Source: an uncultured Gemmatimonadota bacterium
GTDB taxonomy: Bacteria; SM23-81
Direction of reading: 5' to 3'
Length of the DNA stretch: 16,582 bases
NCBI GenBank assembly: GCA_964584035.1
Contig: CAZOYL010000008.1
Location: 1-16,582, forward strand
The notes beneath the pieces were generated by a model, which searched no databases, was not told where the DNA came from, and saw only the letters and a list, made by a program, of their open reading frames with translations. Every line of letters starts with the position of its first letter. Positions within the stretch are counted from its first letter, which is position 1. Below, one piece after another: positions 13,164 to 16,582 of this stretch. The position numbers and the translations under genes were made by a program.

Positions 13164-14795
13164 ATGGCCGTGGGGAGAGATCGCTGGGACAGCCGGACCG
13201 GTTTTGTCCTGGCCGCCGTCGGGTCTGCCGTGGGTCTGGGAAACGTCTGGCGGTTTCCATATATCTGTTATGAAAACGGGGGCGGAGCGTTTCTGATCCC
13301 GTATTTTGTGGCCCTGCTGACCGCCGGCATTCCGCTGTTGATCCTGGAGTACGCCCTGGGCCACCGGATGCAGGCCGGCGCTCCCAAGGCTTTTGAGAGC
13401 GTCTCGCAAAAAAGCGGTTATGTGGGCTGGTGGGCCGTCTTCGCCGGCTTCGCCATCGTCATCTATTATGCCATCATCATGGCCTGGTGCTTTGCCTACC
13501 TGATCCATTCTCTGAGCGTCGCCTGGGGCGCCGATGCCGAGCATTTTTTCATCAATTCCTTCCTGCGGCTTTCCTCCGGCCCGGGTCAGTTCGGCTCCAT
13601 TCGTCTGCCCGTGCTGCTGGGCCTGGTGGTCACCTGGATCAGCATCCTGCTGATCATCCATAAGGGCGTCAAGAGCGTCGGCAAGGTGGTCCTGGTCACC
13701 GTTCCGCTGCCGATCGCGCTGCTGATCATCATGGTCATCCGCGGTGTCACCCTGCCCGGGGCGGCCGAGGGTTTGCGCTACTATCTGACGCCCAACTTCG
13801 AGGCCCTCACCGATCCCAACGTCTGGCTGGCCGCCTACGGCCGGATCTTCTTCACCCTGACCATCGGCTTCGGCGTGATGATCGCCTATGCCAGTTACTT
13901 GCCCAAGAAATCCGACATTGCCAATAATGCTTTCATCACCGGCCTGGTCAACTGCGGGACCAGCTTCCTGGCCGGGTTCGCCGTGTTCAGCACCCTGGGA
14001 TACCTGGCTCACATGACCGGCACGGGCGTGGAAAATGTGGTCACCAGCGGCATCTCCCTGGCCTTCATCACCTACCCGACCATGATCCGGCTGCTGCCGT
14101 TCGGAGCCTCCGTCTTCGGCATCATCTTCTTCCTGATGCTGCTGACCCTGGGCATCGACTCGGCCTTCTCGCTGGTGGAGGCGGCTGTGGCCGCCGGCCG
14201 GGACCGCTGGAAGATCTCCCGCAAGGCCATCAACCTGTTCACCTGCGGCCTGGCCTTTCTTCTCGGGTTGGTCTTCTGCACCGAGGCGGGCCTCCACTGG
14301 CTGGACATCGTCGACCACTTCATCAACAACTTCGGCCTGGTCCTGATCGGCCTGTTCGAGTGCCTGGCCATCGGGTATGTCTTCGGCGCTAAAAAGATGC
14401 GCGAATACATCAACTCCGTCTCGGAGATCCAGGTGGGCCCCTGGTGGGACTGGCTGATCAAGGTGGTGGTGCCCATCATCCTGGTCATCACCGTGGTCAT
14501 GAGCATGGTCAATCTGCTGCGGGTGCCCTACGGCGACTACCCGCAGTGGGCGCTGGTCATCGGCGGGTGGGGCGTGGCCCTGCTGCTCCTGGCCCTGGCT
14601 CTGCTGGCAAACCGGAGATGGCTGCCTTTGAGCATCCTGCTGTGCATCGTCTGTCTCATCGCTCTGGGCGCGCTGACCTCCGGAGCGGTGGCCATGGCCA
14701 TCTTCGGCTGCCTGGTGCTGTATGGCGGTCTGTTGATCTGTCTGCGGCGGACGTTGAAGAAAAAGACCACAGAGGAGAAGGGCTGGGGAGAGTAG
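13164..14795 (+). CDS. Sodium-dependent NSS/SLC6 family amino-acid transporter with a fused MetS-like C-terminal segment
   Basis: RDRWDSRTGFVLAAVGSAVGLGNVWRFPY...NGGGAFLIPY, FFTLTIGFGVMIAYASY and LGIDSAFS are NSS signatures. AGGAGG SD. The tail TSGAVAMAIFGCLVLYGGLLICL resembles MetS-family small subunits. Confidence 0.93.
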   Translation: MAVGRDRWDSRTGFVLAAVGSAVGLGNVWRFPYICYENGGGAFLIPYFVALLTAGIPLLILEYALGHRMQAGAPKAFESVSQKSGYVGWWAVFAGFAIVIYYAIIMAWCFAYLIHSLSVAWGADAEHFFINSFLRLSSGPGQFGSIRLPVLLGLVVTWISILLIIHKGVKSVGKVVLVTVPLPIALLIIMVIRGVTLPGAAEGLRYYLTPNFEALTDPNVWLAAYGRIFFTLTIGFGVMIAYASYLPKKSDIANNAFITGLVNCGTSFLAGFAVFSTLGYLAHMTGTGVENVVTSGISLAFITYPTMIRLLPFGASVFGIIFFLMLLTLGIDSAFSLVEAAVAAGRDRWKISRKAINLFTCGLAFLLGLVFCTEAGLHWLDIVDHFINNFGLVLIGLFECLAIGYVFGAKKMREYINSVSEIQVGPWWDWLIKVVVPIILVITVVMSMVNLLRVPYGDYPQWALVIGGWGVALLLLALALLANRRWLPLSILLCIVCLIALGALTSGAVAMAIFGCLVLYGGLLICLRRTLKKKTTEEKGWGE

Positions 14796-14883
14796 GGCAG
14801 CGGTATATCTGGTTCTGTCATTTCGAATTGAAAAACTGAATAAGTCAAATTTCAAATTTGTTTGAGGCGAAGAAAGAAGACCG

Positions 14884-14916
14884 GGGGGGCGAGAAATTTA
14901 TCGCCCCCCTTTTTTT
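14884..14916 (+). terminator. Intrinsic terminator after the NSS transporter
   Basis: GGGGGGCGA-(8 nt)-TCGCCCCCC followed by TTTTTTT. Confidence 0.85.
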
Positions 14917-14928
14917 GTAAAAAACGTC

Positions 14929-14964
14929 TTGAATTTCCTTGGTGATTTGGTTAAATTGCCAAAT
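14929..14964 (+). promoter_or_regulatory. sigma70-type promoter overlapped by a palindromic candidate ArsR operator
   Basis: TTGAAT (14929-14934), 17 bp, TAAATT (14952-14957). Inverted repeat ATTTGG-N8-CCAAAT at 14945-14964. Confidence 0.6.
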
Positions 14965-15061
14965 GGTGGATGGGGACTTGTCTTTAAGGTCGTTGAAGTC
15001 GAAAGGATGCCATGCTGAAAGAGGGAGAGCCCGAAAAGATCACCGTGGCCAGGAGGTGCCA

Positions 15062-15349
15062 GTGGGGGGGCAATCGGAAGGGCATGCGGAGCAGCAAGAG
15101 AGCGGTCTGGTCATCAAGATACTGGGTCCTGGCTGCCCCCGTTGTGACCAATTAACCAGAGAGGTGAGAAATGCCTTGGCGGAGATGGGATTGACAGCGG
15201 GCGTGGAACATATCCGCGACCCGGAAAGGATATCGCGGTTTGGTTTCCTGGCTACACCGGCTCTGGTGATCAATGGCCGGGTCAGCTCCTCAGGCCGGGT
15301 GCCATCCCGGGAGAAGATCAAAACCTGGCTCCAGAAATTGTGCGAATGA
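15062..15349 (+). CDS. Small thioredoxin-fold redox protein (MTH895 / Thioredoxin_3-like)
   Basis: IKILGPGCPRC...TPALVING...GRVPS. The start is probably GTG 15062 (AGGAGG at 15051-15056), not 14939. Confidence 0.88.
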   Translation: MGGQSEGHAEQQESGLVIKILGPGCPRCDQLTREVRNALAEMGLTAGVEHIRDPERISRFGFLATPALVINGRVSSSGRVPSREKIKTWLQKLCE

Positions 15350-15366
15350 AAGACAAGGAGACAACC

Positions 15367-15687
15367 ATGAATCCCCAAAACCAAGCTCGCTACGAGGCCC
15401 GGGCCCGGATCATAAAGTCAATGGCTCATCCCACCCGGCTGTTCATCGTCGATGAGCTCTCCCGAGGGAAGCGCTGTGTCTGCGAGCTGACCGGGATGGT
15501 CGGGGCCGACGTGTCCACCGTCTCCAGGCACCTCGCTATCCTGAGGAACGCCGGTGTGGTCCAGGACGAGAAACGGGGCGCGCAGGTCTTTTACTCGCTG
15601 AGGTGCCCCTGTGTGCTCAACTTCTTCACCTGCGTGGAATCGGTCATCATGACAACGGCCAAGGAACAATTGGAGATCGCCAGATAA
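15367..15687 (+). CDS. ArsR/SmtB family metalloregulatory repressor
   Basis: KSMAHPTRLFIV...RCVCEL...STVSRHLAILRNAGVV...G..VFYSL. AAGGAG at 15355-15360 precedes ATG 15367. Confidence 0.93.
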   Translation: MNPQNQARYEARARIIKSMAHPTRLFIVDELSRGKRCVCELTGMVGADVSTVSRHLAILRNAGVVQDEKRGAQVFYSLRCPCVLNFFTCVESVIMTTAKEQLEIAR

Positions 15688-15711
15688 TAAGCCGTTTCTT
15701 TTTTTCAAGCC

Positions 15712-15735
15712 GTTTGGCGCATTTGTAAAATGCGC
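15712..15735. promoter_or_regulatory. Second candidate operator/palindrome upstream of the permease
   Basis: GTTTGG-N8-TAAAAT (15712-15731) is a degenerate copy of the 14945 motif. It overlaps the inverted repeat GCGCATTT-GTA-AAATGCGC (15717-15735). Confidence 0.45.
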
Positions 15736-15767
15736 ATAAGCAATTCGTTGACAGAGGGAGTTTATTT

Positions 15768-16582
15768 ATGCTGTGGAAAGATGAATGGAAAAAACTGGCC
15801 ATCATCACGGCCGTTTTTTTAGCCTGTTTTTATCTGCCCTTAGGAACCGAGCGGTTTCGCAGTGGCATCATGGAATCGCTCTATCTGGTCAAGTGGTACG
15901 CCCGGGAACATGTCCTTCTCTGCCTGGTGCCCGCCTTCTTCATCGCCGGGGCCATCGCCGTGTTCGTCAGCCAGGCCGCGGTGATGAAATATCTGGGCGC
16001 CCGGGCTAAAAAGGTTCTGGCTTACGGCGTCGCCTCGGTCTCAGGATCCATCCTGGCTGTCTGCTCCTGTACCGTTCTTCCCCTCTTCGCCGGCATCTAC
16101 CGCATGGGCGCCGGCCTGGGTCCGGCCACCGCCTTCCTGTACTCCGGCCCGGCCATCAACGTGCTGGCCATCATCCTCACCGCCCGGGTCCTGGGACTGG
16201 AGCTGGGCGCGGCCCGGGCCATCGGGGCCGTGTTGTTCAGCATCGTCATCGGGCTGTGCATGCATCTCATCTTCCGCCGCGAGGAGGTCCATAGGGCAGA
16301 TGCCCAGATAGCCATGCCCGAGCCGGAGGTAACCCGGCCGCTGTGGAAGACCGCCCTGTATTTCACAGCCATGGTCGGCATTCTGGTGTTCGCCAACTGG
16401 GGTCAGCCCTCGGACTCCGCCGGTCTGTGGCAGGTCATCTACTCGGCCAAGTGGATCATCACCGGTTTCTTCTCGGCGGGTCTGGCCATGATCCTGATCG
16501 CCTGGTTCGAATTCAAATGGCGGCGTGTCCTGCTGGCCGCCCTGCCGGCGCTGGTTCTCGGCCTGGCCTGGCCCGGCCAGCC
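15768..16582 (+). CDS. ArsP/DUF318 family permease, 3'-truncated (absent from the ORF track)
   Basis: GAGGGAG SD, then MLWKDEWKKLAII...EHVLLCLVPAFFIAGAI...LAVCSCTVLPLFAGIY..GAGLGPATAFLYSGPAIN. Open to the window end. Confidence 0.9.
   Translation, partial: MLWKDEWKKLAIITAVFLACFYLPLGTERFRSGIMESLYLVKWYAREHVLLCLVPAFFIAGAIAVFVSQAAVMKYLGARAKKVLAYGVASVSGSILAVCSCTVLPLFAGIYRMGAGLGPATAFLYSGPAINVLAIILTARVLGLELGAARAIGAVLFSIVIGLCMHLIFRREEVHRADAQIAMPEPEVTRPLWKTALYFTAMVGILVFANWGQPSDSAGLWQVIYSAKWIITGFFSAGLAMILIAWFEFKWRRVLLAALPALVLGLAWPGQ

Noticed and set aside
3312..14795. Genome-wide TAG reassignment
   Set aside because: TAG ends the barrel gene right after its terminal Phe, and also ends the DUF5683 and NSS genes at plausible C-termini.
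716..14855. Long antisense ORFs (716-1969, 2208-3332, 4902-6245, 6871-8565, 13008-14855) and plus-strand ORFs over 11662-12989
   Set aside because: They are shadows of well-supported genes on the opposite strand, expected with high GC3, and carry no recognisable motifs.
1019..15366. ORF-track starts at 1019, 1641, 3158, 14939 and 15340
   Set aside because: The extensions overlap upstream genes or promoters. The downstream starts have better SD sites, signal peptides or translational coupling.
1106..16582. Selenocysteine in the redox proteins
   Set aside because: The TlpA CKPC, barrel CTGGRC, thioredoxin CPRC and permease CSC all use TGC/TGT, with no in-frame TGA.

Overview
GC-rich bacterial window, most likely from a non-Bacteroidia member of the FCB superphylum (KSB1/Zixibacteria/TA06-like). 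This is inferred from FlgD/T9SS-type C-terminal domains combined with canonical TTGACA promoters and strong GGAGG Shine-Dalgarno sites. Left to right: (1) the 3' end of a secreted CTD protein; (2) a TlpA redoxin, a DUF6029-like beta-barrel and a DUF5683 protein in a probable operon; (3) three large, separately promoted secreted proteins: an Asp-box/CTD protein, a DUF5060/GH5-like multidomain protein and an S8 protease with a CTD; (4) a minus-strand membrane protein with an acidic tail; (5) a divergent NSS-family transporter; (6) the start of a thioredoxin-ArsR-ArsP (DUF318) locus, whose permease is missing from the ORF track because it runs off the window. Most notable: an intact 33-codon half-CTD in frame directly behind the TAG stop of the 917-aa gene; an apparent fusion of a MetS-like small subunit to the NSS transporter; the TlpA plus Cys-motif barrel module; a dispersed REP-like palindrome family between the secreted-protein genes; and a candidate ArsR operator over a -10 box. 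I saw no rRNA, tRNA, CRISPR array, transposase or integrase. Family names come from motif recognition by eye, not from database searches.
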